DNA of 64,000 bases from assembly GCA_965224245.1 (NCBI GenBank), contig OZ245046.1, forward strand, positions 6,368,001-6,432,000. Reading direction: 5' to 3'. The notes under the pieces were generated by a model, which was not told the origin of the DNA, searched no databases, and saw only the letters and a list, made by a program, of their open reading frames with translations. The DNA is from Candidatus Eiseniibacteriota bacterium. GTDB lineage: Bacteria > Eisenbacteria > RBG-16-71-46 > CAZAMP01. Positions 30,116 to 40,800 of this stretch are shown here, in pieces. Position numbers and translations under genes: made by a program. Positions within the stretch are counted from its first letter, which is position 1. Every line of letters begins with the position of its first letter.

Positions 30116-31345
30116 ATGACCGATCTGCTGTTTCCTGTGCTGGCGGCGCTCGGCGCGATGCAGGCCGACTCACTGCTCTTGCCGTACGTCGAGACGCTCG
30201 AGCGTGAAGGTCGCCCTCCGCACGAGTTCGTGATCGCTCTGCTCGACGACGTGGACCTGATCGTCTTCGACGACGCGTGGCACCCGGCCCGGGAGCCGTT
30301 CGACCTCTATCGGGAGCTCGTCGTGTCTCCCTCGTTCCGGAGCCGAGCCACGCACGTCTTCCTCGAGGTGGTGCCCATCAACAAGCAGCAGCACCTCGAT
30401 GCCTACTTCGCCACCGAGCCGGAAGACGCCACCCTGCTGTATCCGGCGTTTCAGGACGACTTCAGCGGAACCGGCTGGCCCCTGGTCAGCTACCTGGATC
30501 TTCTCCACGCGATCTATGTGACGAACCGATCGAGTGGCACCGAGCGGCCACTCTCGGTCATGGCGGTCAACGCGGCCACGTACTGGTCGGAGATTGTGAC
30601 GGCGCGAGACGTCGAGCTCTTTCGGGCGACGCTCGCTGGAAACGATTACACGATGTACCGGACGATACTATCGACGCTCGACGGCTTCGACGGCGTCGCG
30701 AAAGGGATCTTTCTGACCAACACGCGACACGCGTACAAAGGCATCCGCGACCGCGAGGGCCGTCTGTTCTGGAACGCCGGGACGTTCCTGCACCAGCGTC
30801 ACCCCGGGCGGACCTACTCCATTCGTTTCCACAACCTCGCGCTGTCCATTGCCGAGGAAAGGCGCGATGAGGGCACGGTCGAGACGACCGCCGGTCTGGA
30901 GCGGTATCACTACTCGTGGGTTCGCATGGCGAACGGACTCTGGGACACGGCGTTCGAAGCGGTGGGGAACGCCCCGATCGCCGTCCCGCTCGAGGGCAAC
31001 GTCTTCGGACGCGAGGCGTACGTCGGAAACCACATGCACCGCGCCGCGGCGGACCAGACGATGTATGACGCATACGATGCGATCATCTTTCTCGCCCCGC
31101 TGGAAGCGTTACACAACTCGGCCAGGACTGACGCCATATACACACCGGCGTTCAAGGCGGAGCTGGCGAGGCGCTACCGGATTCTCTACACACCCGAGCA
31201 GCTGCACGCACGACTGGAGCAGGCCGGAGCCGAGACGCTCGACGAGCTGATCCGGAAGGACTGTGCGGCGTCACCGGAGGAGCTGATACCGCAAGCGAAG
31301 GACCTACCGCCGAAGGACGCCTGGAAACGCCAGGATTCGCGCTGA
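30116..31345 (+). CDS. Hypothetical protein, possibly EreA/ChaN-like fold
   Basis: Long ORF with coding-like codon usage; LIVFDD..H, HVFLEV, TRHAY, YDAIIFL pattern. Confidence 0.7.
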   Translation: MTDLLFPVLAALGAMQADSLLLPYVETLEREGRPPHEFVIALLDDVDLIVFDDAWHPAREPFDLYRELVVSPSFRSRATHVFLEVVPINKQQHLDAYFATEPEDATLLYPAFQDDFSGTGWPLVSYLDLLHAIYVTNRSSGTERPLSVMAVNAATYWSEIVTARDVELFRATLAGNDYTMYRTILSTLDGFDGVAKGIFLTNTRHAYKGIRDREGRLFWNAGTFLHQRHPGRTYSIRFHNLALSIAEERRDEGTVETTAGLERYHYSWVRMANGLWDTAFEAVGNAPIAVPLEGNVFGREAYVGNHMHRAAADQTMYDAYDAIIFLAPLEALHNSARTDAIYTPAFKAELARRYRILYTPEQLHARLEQAGAETLDELIRKDCAASPEELIPQAKDLPPKDAWKRQDSR

Positions 31346-31392
31346 GGTTGCCTGTATCGTGCCGCGGCGTTGCCGCCTACGAGGAGGTCGAG

Positions 31393-32058
31393 ATGAAGCA
31401 GTCGATCCTGGTGTCCGCGCTCTGTGTGGCCGTGCTGGTTGCTCCGTCGGAGCAAGCACGTGGTGAGTCGGGTGAGGGTAGTGCGGAGTGGTCGATCGAA
31501 GCCTCGTACCTGGACGCATGCTGCTGTGCGCCCTCATGCCCCTGCCTGTTCGGATCTGCGCCGACGCTCGGTTACTGTGAAGGGGTCACACTGATCGACA
31601 TCGACGAGGCCCACTTTGGCGGCGTCGGTCTCGACGGAGTGAAGGTCCTGGCTGTCTATCGTGGAGGCACGTGGATCAAGTTCTATGTCGACGATACCGC
31701 AACCGCGGAGCAGACGGAGGCGGTGGTCGAGTTTCTGCCGACCTTCGAGGGCTTCTTCGCCGTCGAGAATGTCGTCGAGGTCGAGAACGTTCCGATTTCC
31801 GTCGAGAGAACGGAACGCACGATCAAGGTCTCGACCCCGAACACGACCGCCCACATCGAGATGATGGTGGGCAAGAACGGCGAGGCGATCAAGATCGCCA
31901 ATCTTCCCGGGCCCACCTTTCCCGCGCCACCGTACATCGATCACACGCAGTACAAGACCATTCTCCTGCAGCACACGAGCGACGATCAGTCCTACGAGTA
32001 CACCGGGACGAACGGCTTCACCGCGAGAATCGACGTCGACTCCGGAGGAACGCACTAG
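31393..32058 (+). CDS. DUF1326 family (putative metal-binding) protein with signal peptide
   Basis: RBS GAGGAGG; W.I...Y.DACCCAPSCPC...PT.GYCEG...I..AHFGGV.LDG; YVDD.AT.EQ.EA. Confidence 0.85.
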   Translation: MKQSILVSALCVAVLVAPSEQARGESGEGSAEWSIEASYLDACCCAPSCPCLFGSAPTLGYCEGVTLIDIDEAHFGGVGLDGVKVLAVYRGGTWIKFYVDDTATAEQTEAVVEFLPTFEGFFAVENVVEVENVPISVERTERTIKVSTPNTTAHIEMMVGKNGEAIKIANLPGPTFPAPPYIDHTQYKTILLQHTSDDQSYEYTGTNGFTARIDVDSGGTH

Positions 32059-32397
32059 GAGGTGGGACGGGCAGGAGAGAGATCCGGCCGGGGCGATGAC
32101 GACTGCGGGCCTGAAGGCGCTCCGGGCGTGGAATGGAGGTATGCGACCTGGCACCGGAGCGCGACACCGTGGTGCATACGACGAAGAGTCGGCCCGGCGG
32201 TGACGTAAGATCAAGCAACGCAACGGTTATGGGGCTTCAGGGCGGCACGGTCCATTCTGCCGGCGCCACGCCCTGGGTGCGGCTGATCGCCCATCGCGAG
32301 CGGCTCGGGGTCGAAGGAATCGACGAGATCGCGGTCCGTGTACTATGCTCGAAGCACCTTCCCAGACGTCGCACTCCTCCCAAGGAAGGAGGCACGG

Positions 32398-32856
32398 ATG
32401 CGGTTGCCGAGCATGGCCGCGGCGCTCCTCTCGTCGGCGGCACTCATCGGCTCGTCGTCGACCTCAGCGCCGGGCGCGGAGTGTGAGACACCCGCCGGGA
32501 TCTACGGGAGCTGGAGCTGGACCGGAAGTGTGGGCGGCTACACCGGAGACTACTGGCTCGACGTGGAGCAACTCGGGTTCGATCGACTCGATTTCCTGCC
32601 ATCGGGGCATGTTCAGAGCTACCTCGGCTGGGTCGTGCAGGGTAGCGGCACGTTCGAGTTCGTCGAAGGCGACTGGGGATGCCGGCTCTACACGGATCTC
32701 GACTTGTTCTGTCTCCCCTGGCACATCGACCTGGGTTCCGACCGGTTTGCCGGCGAGGACGTATGTGCGGATGGGTTCACGCACTACTTCGAGCGGGCAC
32801 CCGATGTGCCGGTCGCCAGGTCGTCGTGGACACGCCTGAAGATGGTCTATCGCTGA
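32398..32856 (+). CDS. Small secreted lipocalin-like protein with variant TWG tail
   Basis: RBS GGAGG; signal peptide; IYGSWSW..S.GG..G...CADGFTHYFER; ends DVPVARSSWTRLKMVYR. Confidence 0.8.
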   Translation: MRLPSMAAALLSSAALIGSSSTSAPGAECETPAGIYGSWSWTGSVGGYTGDYWLDVEQLGFDRLDFLPSGHVQSYLGWVVQGSGTFEFVEGDWGCRLYTDLDLFCLPWHIDLGSDRFAGEDVCADGFTHYFERAPDVPVARSSWTRLKMVYR

Positions 32857-32886
32857 GCCACGGCGTCATCTCGTGATCGGGTCGAG

Positions 32887-32952
32887 GACGTACTCACCGC
32901 GATCGACCTCACCACGGTCGAGGTGTGGACGCCGCGAGGACTGACGACCTTC
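32887..32952 (+). mobile_element. Tiny remnant of an rve/integrase-core DDE transposase
   Basis: Translates DVLTAIDLTTVEVWTPRGLTTF, resembling the (A/C)xDFFTVEVWTxxGLxT motif around the first catalytic Asp; no flanking ORF. Confidence 0.55.
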
Positions 32953-33068
32953 TCCGGGGTTGCGGAGATACGACCAGCGGGAGGCAGCGTGTGGGGCCGT
33001 TGCTCGGCTCGCGGGAGCTGCTTGACTCCACGTCCGTGAGCTCGGCCGAGTGTTCTAACCGAGCGGCG

Positions 33069-33620
33069 TCAGCATGGCTGAGATTCCGACCATGCCTCGA
33101 CCGGGCGTGCTCGGGCTCCCTGGCCGCTCAGATCGATCTCGTAAACGAAGTAGTTTCGACCACAGCCGAACGTATAGTAGAAGATCTCGTAAATGTCCTC
33201 GTCGATCTTCCTGAGCATGACCCGAGACGTGAGATCGACCGGCGGCTGTGGTGGATCGTCTGACGATGGCATCCCGACCGGATCATCCGTGATCGCCAGT
33301 ACGGTCGGAATCGCAGCATACACCCGCCGAGCCTCCGACTCCGTCAGCCCCGAGTCGGCGAACAGCTCCTGAACACGGCGGCAGAACGCCTGGAGCTCCG
33401 CGACAGACCGCTCAGGGGGTTCGCTGTGCGGATACTGGAGAACGGGATGCGGGTATCCCATGTCCGTCTCGACGACCTCCGCGGTCGGACACTCGAACTC
33501 CGGATTCACGTGCATGTCGCCGAGCCTGGCGTCGCTCTCGTCATTCGGATCGCTGCCGCCCGAGCAAGCCCCGACGAGCAGGATCATCGAAAGCACAAAC
33601 CCACAGGGTCGACGGGGCAT
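33069..33620 (-). CDS. Hypothetical lipoprotein
   Basis: MPRR...LLVGAC lipobox; GGAGG upstream; coding-like composition. Confidence 0.75.
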   Translation of the reverse strand: MPRRPCGFVLSMILLVGACSGGSDPNDESDARLGDMHVNPEFECPTAEVVETDMGYPHPVLQYPHSEPPERSVAELQAFCRRVQELFADSGLTESEARRVYAAIPTVLAITDDPVGMPSSDDPPQPPVDLTSRVMLRKIDEDIYEIFYYTFGCGRNYFVYEIDLSGQGARARPVEAWSESQPC

Positions 33621-33690
33621 CACGACAACCTCCTTCCAGCGAACGTCCACGGGACTCGGCGCGTAGCCGAGCCCCGCAAGTCGTCGATCG

Positions 33691-36600
33691 CTACTTCAAC
33701 AACGCGATCTTAGCGGTCTGGACGACCGAACCTACCTGCAAGCGGACGATGTAGAACCCACTCACCACCTGCGCACCGCGATCATCTCGGCCCGTCCAGC
33801 TGATCTCGTATCGGCCGGCGGCCAGCGAACCGTCCACGAGCGTCGCGACGCGCTCACCGCGAGGGTTGTAGACACACAACCGCACGTCGTCGGGGCGAGC
33901 GAGATCGAACGCGATCGCAGTGTGCGGATTGAACGGGTTCGGACTGATGCGGAGACGCTCGTTCGCCGGCGCGCTTTCGACGTTCTGCGGGATCTCCTCA
34001 GTCGGCTCATCCGACGATCGGATGAACTGAGACAGCGCACCCCCTACCGGAGCGCCCAGCTGGAAGACATCCGTCACGAGAAAGTCTTGACCGGTGTCCC
34101 GCATGCGGAACTGCAGGCCGACAGAGCCATGCTCCGTCGTTGTCTGTGCAAGCGCTCCCACGTGTGTCGCGTCGAATACGATCAGCAAGTCCTCGTTGTG
34201 ATCCCCATCGATGTCAACCAGTGCGGTGCGTACCGGGGCAGCCACGCCGGCTGTGTTACCTAGCCGGGCCCTCGCCGCCAGCACGCGCGTCGCATCGAAT
34301 GCGAGGCGATCGATCAACCGGGCACCCCCCGGCACGGTCTCGGCAGGTGGGTTCTCGAACGGGATCGAGGGAATCACGAACGAGACGAAGGCGGCCGTCT
34401 CGTCGACGGTCGTGCCGTCCTCGCTGAGCCCGCTGACTCCCCGGGCAACGGCGGCGCCCTGGTCGTGGGGGACGAGGACCTCGACGGACTCCGTGGTCGA
34501 GTTGCCCGAACAGTCCGCTACCGTGTAGGTTATCGTGTACGTGCGACCCTCGTCACTGAGCCCTGATCGCTCCGCGCGGAGGGCGAACGCCCTGTCGTCC
34601 GTGCCATAGGTCGCGTCCTGGATGTCGTCCTCTGTGCTGCCGTCACCCTGTCCGTCGTCCGGCTCGCTACTGGTGATCGAGTCCAGCGTTACAATCACGT
34701 CATCGTCACAAACGTCGGAGACCTCGATCTCCATCGAGATGTCGACCATCTTGTGATTTGGCGGCCACAGGACATCACGGCTCGGCAGGAGTACATCGAA
34801 CGTAGGTGCAACCGTGTCGACCACAGTCACGGTCGCCGAGCATTGCGAGCTGTTTCCTGCGTCATCAGTGGCAGTCCAGGTTACCACCGTGACGCCACCG
34901 CTGGCGGAGCATGGTCCTTCGAACAGAGGCGGCGCGTTGTCGACGATGGTGAGGTCGGAGTCGCAGTTGTCGCTCGCGGAGAACCCATCGAAGAAGTCCG
35001 TGAGCTGCGGGTCGTCGATCGGGACACCGCCTGCGACCGAGCACTCCACGACGACGTCCGGTGGGCACTCGACCACCGGGGGCGTCTCGTCCTCCACGGT
35101 AATCGTGGCGGTGCACGTTCCGCTCGCCCCTTTGTCATCGCTCACCGTCAGCGTGACTTCGGTCTCACCAAGACCATAGGGTCCCTCAGGAGACAACGAC
35201 AACGTGATCGGATCGCCGTCGGGGTCGAACGAGCCGTCGTCGACATCCTCGGGCGCGACCTCGGCAAGGCATGCGTCATCCGCAGGAACAGTGACGTCCT
35301 GACACATCGCGACGGGTGCCGCGTTGCGGGACATTCCGGAGTAGATCAGTGAGTACTGCTGCGGCGCATCGACCAACGATCCCTTGTGTGTGACCGAGAT
35401 CGTGTACTGTCCGAGCGCTGCGTTCGCAATGTGCACCTGCTCGACGTTGTCCAGGACGTTGTCTCCGGTGGTGGCCGCGTTGGCCGGACTCGCAGGATTC
35501 AGGACCCACGGCCGGTAGGTCGTTCCGGAGTCCACGTGTGTGATCCGGAGGTCCAGGTCGTTGACCAGCATGACGTCCGTGGGGTCGAGTGCGTCCGCCG
35601 GGGGCGTACCCGCGGGATCGGTCCACACGATCGTCACACGGGCATCACCGACCGAGTTCACGTTGAGTGTCCAGGAGTCGGTTGCGGTGTCGGCGAGATC
35701 GTCTTCTACGATGCCTCGGTCGTCGAACTGGCCCGCTGCAATCACGTCTGCGGCGCTCTCAGTGTTCATGAGGCCCCAGCCATTCATGTAGTCCGGGCCA
35801 TCGGCAGGACCGGCTTCGTCTGCGGTGTGGATGATCAGGGCCTTCAATGTGGCCGATCGCGGCAGGACACCGTTCAGGTCCTGGAACTGCTCCCGCAGCA
35901 GATTCGCCGAGCCAGAGGCGTTGGGCGTGGACATCGACGTCCCGCTCGTCGTGTAGTAGTCAGTATCGCTGTCTGCTCCGGTCGAGTAGAGTGAGACTCC
36001 ATTGGCAACGATGTCGGGCTTGATTCGTCCGTCGTCGGCAGGCCCCCAGCCGCTGAACGCAGACTGTACGACGTCGCCCGCACCCGTATAGCCGCCGGGG
36101 ATGTCGTCGACGGCGCCGACCGTCATGATGTTCTTCGCCGTCCCGTATGTGGGTATCGTGTCGTAGCCGAGCGGATCCCCGTCGGAGTCGTGCGTGTCGG
36201 TGAAGGTCGCTCCGTCGCTGCCATGCATGTGGGCCGTTCCGGGCGGAGGAGCGAAATCGTTTCGATCATTGCCCGCGGACTTGAAGATGAGATAGTTCGG
36301 TGCCGCAACTGCGAGCTGGTCCCATTGCTGGGCTTGCGCGTTGTAGAAGCCGAACTTCCAGTCCTCGTTCTGATCGATCGACGTGTCTCCGTACCAGTTG
36401 CCATCATCCACTCGCCATCCGCAGATACGGCCGTAGGAGTGGTTCGAGATCAGCAACCCCGCGGCCGCAGCTGCGGTCATTTCACCGGTGTCGCCGGCGG
36501 CATCGTAGGCATTCATACTGGCGGCGAACGACATTCCCTGCGCCGCAGCATCCATGCCTGCCGCGAGCATGGTCCCCGCAACGTGTGTCGCGTGATCGCT

Positions 36601-37107
36601 CAGTGTTCCGCCATCGATCTGGGTGATGCGGCCGCCGAACTCCTGATGACTCACGCGGACCGCCCCGCCGGCTTCCCAGATCCCGAGCGCGGCCGCCGCC
36701 GTACCAGCCCCATCGAGGCCGTAGCCGGAACCGCCGCCAGGCCACACCTCGTCGGTGCTGATCGTACGGGCCGCGTTGAGATTCGTGGTCTCGAACCAGA
36801 CCGGCTGGCCGCGATCGTCGATGTACGCGAGCATGACGCCGGGCTCGTCCAGCAGTCGTGAGCGTGGGTCCTCACGATCGAGGATTCGCTGATAGACCGC
36901 AGGTTGGTGGTCACTCAGCCACTGATTGAATGTCGTCGCCAGCTCGAGGAGACGCGCCTTTTGTGTCGAGGACGGCTCCCACGCCTGCGCGCTGCATGGC
37001 TGCGGTGACGTGAGCCAGGCGGTGAGGACACCCAGAGCCAGCCACCGAGCTGCGCGAGGCGTACGGGTACGGATTCGGGCATTGCGAGTCACAGCTACCG
37101 AAGGCAT
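33691..37107 (-). CDS. S8 subtilase with HYR/Ig-like repeats and Ig-CTD
   Basis: GIWEAGG, HATHVAGT, SNHSYG, KSAGND, KPDIVANG, SGTSMSTP; LVNDLDL; HYR-like DETPPVVECP; LWPPNHK domain; CTD PNPFNP. Confidence 0.93.
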   Translation of the reverse strand: MPSVAVTRNARIRTRTPRAARWLALGVLTAWLTSPQPCSAQAWEPSSTQKARLLELATTFNQWLSDHQPAVYQRILDREDPRSRLLDEPGVMLAYIDDRGQPVWFETTNLNAARTISTDEVWPGGGSGYGLDGAGTAAAALGIWEAGGAVRVSHQEFGGRITQIDGGTLSDHATHVAGTMLAAGMDAAAQGMSFAASMNAYDAAGDTGEMTAAAAAGLLISNHSYGRICGWRVDDGNWYGDTSIDQNEDWKFGFYNAQAQQWDQLAVAAPNYLIFKSAGNDRNDFAPPPGTAHMHGSDGATFTDTHDSDGDPLGYDTIPTYGTAKNIMTVGAVDDIPGGYTGAGDVVQSAFSGWGPADDGRIKPDIVANGVSLYSTGADSDTDYYTTSGTSMSTPNASGSANLLREQFQDLNGVLPRSATLKALIIHTADEAGPADGPDYMNGWGLMNTESAADVIAAGQFDDRGIVEDDLADTATDSWTLNVNSVGDARVTIVWTDPAGTPPADALDPTDVMLVNDLDLRITHVDSGTTYRPWVLNPASPANAATTGDNVLDNVEQVHIANAALGQYTISVTHKGSLVDAPQQYSLIYSGMSRNAAPVAMCQDVTVPADDACLAEVAPEDVDDGSFDPDGDPITLSLSPEGPYGLGETEVTLTVSDDKGASGTCTATITVEDETPPVVECPPDVVVECSVAGGVPIDDPQLTDFFDGFSASDNCDSDLTIVDNAPPLFEGPCSASGGVTVVTWTATDDAGNSSQCSATVTVVDTVAPTFDVLLPSRDVLWPPNHKMVDISMEIEVSDVCDDDVIVTLDSITSSEPDDGQGDGSTEDDIQDATYGTDDRAFALRAERSGLSDEGRTYTITYTVADCSGNSTTESVEVLVPHDQGAAVARGVSGLSEDGTTVDETAAFVSFVIPSIPFENPPAETVPGGARLIDRLAFDATRVLAARARLGNTAGVAAPVRTALVDIDGDHNEDLLIVFDATHVGALAQTTTEHGSVGLQFRMRDTGQDFLVTDVFQLGAPVGGALSQFIRSSDEPTEEIPQNVESAPANERLRISPNPFNPHTAIAFDLARPDDVRLCVYNPRGERVATLVDGSLAAGRYEISWTGRDDRGAQVVSGFYIVRLQVGSVVQTAKIALLK

Positions 37108-37436
37108 GGGGGACGCTCCTTGTGTGGGATCTTCGGTCGGTAACCCAATCGGTCCTGTTCGCGGGGATCATAGTGAGCGACCGCAGCTGCTCTACCACCA
37201 CGGACGCGAGTGCGTTATTTCCTTCAATAGTTAAACTATATCTTCAGATTTTGAATTTGTATAGAGCAATAGCGCAAGAGTTGGATCGCCGAAGGTATAT
37301 CCCAATATCACTTTCTGCCATCGGACCGCTCCAGCATTTTGCGGGGAGTCCGCCGAAATATCGAAACAGCATATCTATCAGGCCATTACGAGATTGAGGC
37401 GTCGAGCGACGTCTGGCTCGGAAGAGGTGCGTCGCG

Positions 37437-37699
37437 CAAGCAGGGGACTGCCGGGTGAGTGAGAGTCCCGAAGCCGGACCGGACCGGGACCTACGAACTC
37501 GTGCCGGCCGTCGCATCCAGTCGTGGCAGCCCGCACACGCGGTAGCCCGACGCGTCCCGTGGGACCAGCTCGGGTCCGCCAGCCTCCGTGGCGGAACTCG
37601 GAGGTGAGGGCTCCTGGCCCGAGGCGACGAGACCCCAAGCATCTGTCCAGGCGCAGAACGGAGGTGAGGTGACCTCCGGAGAGGTGGCACATCGGGGTG
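37437..37699 (+). mobile_element. Putative orphan IS110-family left end (structured non-coding region) with frameshifted transposase start
   Basis: Ordered blocks GGGGACTGCCGGG..GTCCCGAA..CTCGTG..ATCCAGTCGTGGCAGCCCGC..GCGGTAGCCCG..CCAGGCGCAGAACGGAGG resemble IS110 left ends as I recall them; then GGAGG, GTG and a +1-frame HIGV (like the transposase xVGID start); multiple hairpins. Not verified by search. Confidence 0.5.
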
Positions 37700-37869
37700 C
37701 AACATCGACTGGCGCAATGGTGATGGGTCTTGGCTGACACGCTGAAGCCGTCGGCCCCGCTGGTGTAGAATTGGAGACCTCAGGGCACGGGCGGGGAATG
37801 CTCAGGTGGACGCGCGCCCTGCGGAATGCGGCCACCTCAATCCCCACGATCCAGCCAGGAGGCCGCAGC

Positions 37870-40800
37870 ATGCTCACGCTTCGGATGACGATTGCCTCGT
37901 CTGCTTTGGCATTCGTCTTGACTCCACTCGCCCAACCAGCGTCTGCAGCATCTCGAACGTACTCCGAGGACTTCACGACCAAGACGTACTGCGACACCCT
38001 GAGTACGACGGCCTGGTGGGATACCGAGGCAGGGGAGCTCAGGCTACATGCCTTTGCCCCTTCCCTGGTCGGAATCCACGACACACCGGGGTCGGCCTAT
38101 TCCGTCTCGGTTTCCGGCGATCATGCCTTTGTCGCGGACTATACGGACGGTCTTCACATCATCGACGTCACGGATCCGGCGAACCCGGCCCTGCTCGGCA
38201 CGTACGGCACTCCTCACAAGGCCGCTGACGTGGTCGTAGCCGCGGATCATGCATTCGTGGCCGATGCGCTGAGCGGCTTGCAGATCATCGACATCACCGA
38301 TCCAAGCAGTCCCACCTTCGCGGGTGCATACGACACACCAGACCTGGCACTGGGTGTGACGATGGATGGCGCTCATGTGTTCGTGGCCGATGGTGTGACC
38401 GGACTCCTCGTGTTCGATTGCTCCGACCCGTCGAACCCCGTTCTGCTGGGTCTTCGGGATACCGCGGGAAGTGCGTGGGACGTAGAGGTGTCAGGGGACC
38501 TCGCGTTCGTCGCCGATGACGTGGCGGGACTCGTGGTGATGGACGTTTCCGATCTGACGAGCCCGACGATTCTCGGCACATACGACACGCCAGGAGCCGC
38601 CAGGGATGTCGCCGCGGCCGGAGATCTGGCATTCGTGTCGGACGAAAGCGGCGGCCTTCAGGTCATCGACGTCTCCGATCCGGCAAACCCCCTGCTCGTC
38701 GGCACTGTTGCCACACCGAGCAACGCCGTGGGCGTCACCGTATCCGGCAATCTCGCGTATGTTGCGGACGAGTCGGATGGCCTCCTGGTCTTCGACGTCG
38801 GCAATCCATCGAACCCGGTCATCGTACATTCGTTCGATACGCCCAGCGTCGCGACGGGCGTCGCGGTCTCCGGTGATCTGGCCTTCGTGACCGACACGAC
38901 GGCCGGTCTCCATGTCGTCAGGATCGGACATCCCAGGAAGCCTGGGCTGGAGAGCATCTTCACGAACGGCGAGTCGATCATCGATGTCTCGGTGTCCGGA
39001 GACCTTGCATTCGTGGCCGCCGGCCTTCTGGGGTTGCAGGTCATCGACATCACTGACCCGACGGCTCCGGTCGTCATCGGCAGCTACGTCACGCCGGCGC
39101 CCGTCGATCACGTTGCGATCTCCGGCGACGTCGCTTTCCTGGCGGAGGAGGACTACTCCACCTACCAGTACAGATTGCTGGTCTTCGACGTCGCGGACCC
39201 TTCGAATCCCGTGCTCATCAGCTCGTACGCCGCGACCGACTGGATCAACAGCCTCTCTGCTGCCGGTGATCTGTTGCTCATGCAGGTCTCGTTCTCCGGA
39301 GTCGAGATACTCGACGTCAGTGATCCAGCCAATCCCGTGCTGGTCAGCATCTATAACGGTAACCGAGGCGGCGGCACCACCATCTCCGGTAATCGCGCCT
39401 ATCTGGGGGGTAACCCTTTTCGGACTCTCGACATCAGCGATCCGTCGGTTCCAGCACTGATCGGGTCGGCCTCGCTGTTCGGGAACGCTGGTTTCGGCGT
39501 GGAAGTCGCGGGCGACCTGGCCTATCTCGCCAATGGAATCTGGGGCCTCGCGGTCGTCGACATCAGTGACCCTACTGCGCCCGCGACCGTTTCATACACC
39601 TGGACCGAGGAGGATGCCAGCGACATCGCGGTCAGCGGTAACCTGGCCCTCGTCACGGACTACAACTGGGGGCTGCACGTCTTCGACATCACCGACCCGG
39701 TCAATCCAGTCCTCACAGATGTCTACGATACACCGGATCGCGCTTGGCGGGTCGTGGTCGACGGTGAGTTCGCGTTCATCGCAGACGTGACGGGCGGCCT
39801 GCACATCCTCCGCATCTATCAGAACGAGCTGGATACCATCAACGACACGGGTCGATCTCTCACGGTCAGTGGAGGCGCCGGCGCGATCCCGCGTGCCCGG
39901 CTCTCGGAAGTAGGTACCGGTACGGTCTCCTGGGAGGTGAGTGCCGACGCGGGCGCCAGCTGGACCGCCTTCGCCACGCCCGATGCATGGACGCGGATCG
40001 CATCGCCGGGTGTCGACCTTCAGTGGCGATCGCTGCTCGTTCTCGATGGAGTGAATCATCCCACCGTGTCGGAGCTCACCGTGGAATGGCTGAACGAGTT
40101 CGGCCCGGTCGTGTCGATCACCGACGTTCCCGATGATCAAGGTGGCTGGGTGCATCTCAGCTTCGGCCGCTCGGGCTACGACTTCGCCGACGAGAGCAGC
40201 CTACCGGTGGCGACGTACCAGATCTATCGACGCCTGGATGACGAGTCCCTTCGCCTGCGGGTTCGCACGGGCGGGCACGTCATAGATCCCAGGTCGCTCG
40301 AGCGCGCGCCGCTGTCCTCCTTCGACCCATCAGCCATTCGGAGCCTCGATGACCGTCTGTATGTGCTGGGTGAGGAGGAGAGTGCCCGAGGTGGGATGCC
40401 CCCCGGCGTATGGGAGGTTCTGACGACGGTCTCGGCCCTGCAGCAGGACGAGTACGTGGTCGCGGTCCCAACCCTCGGGGATTCGAGCGCAACCGGCGTC
40501 GACTGGTCGGTCAATCTCGTCACCACACACACGACGACACCATCGATCTGGTTCGCCTGTGAGCCCGACAGCGGGTACTCCATCGACAACCTCCCGCCCG
40601 GCATCCCGACGGGTCTGGCGCTGGTCGGCACGGACCTCTCCTGGGATGTCGCACCGGAGTCCGACTTCGAGTACCACAGCATCTACGGCTCGGCGGAGGC
40701 CACGTTCGATCCGTCGGCCACGCTCATCGGCTACACGGTCGATCCCACCTACGACGTGAGCAGTGCCTCGTACGGCTACTACCACGTGACGACGACGGAT

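Noticed and set aside
37427-37475. Group IIC intron 5' end (GTGCG...GTGAGAGTCCCGAA)
   Set aside because: No domain V/VI or RT ORF follows; the IS110 left-end interpretation explains more of the sequence.
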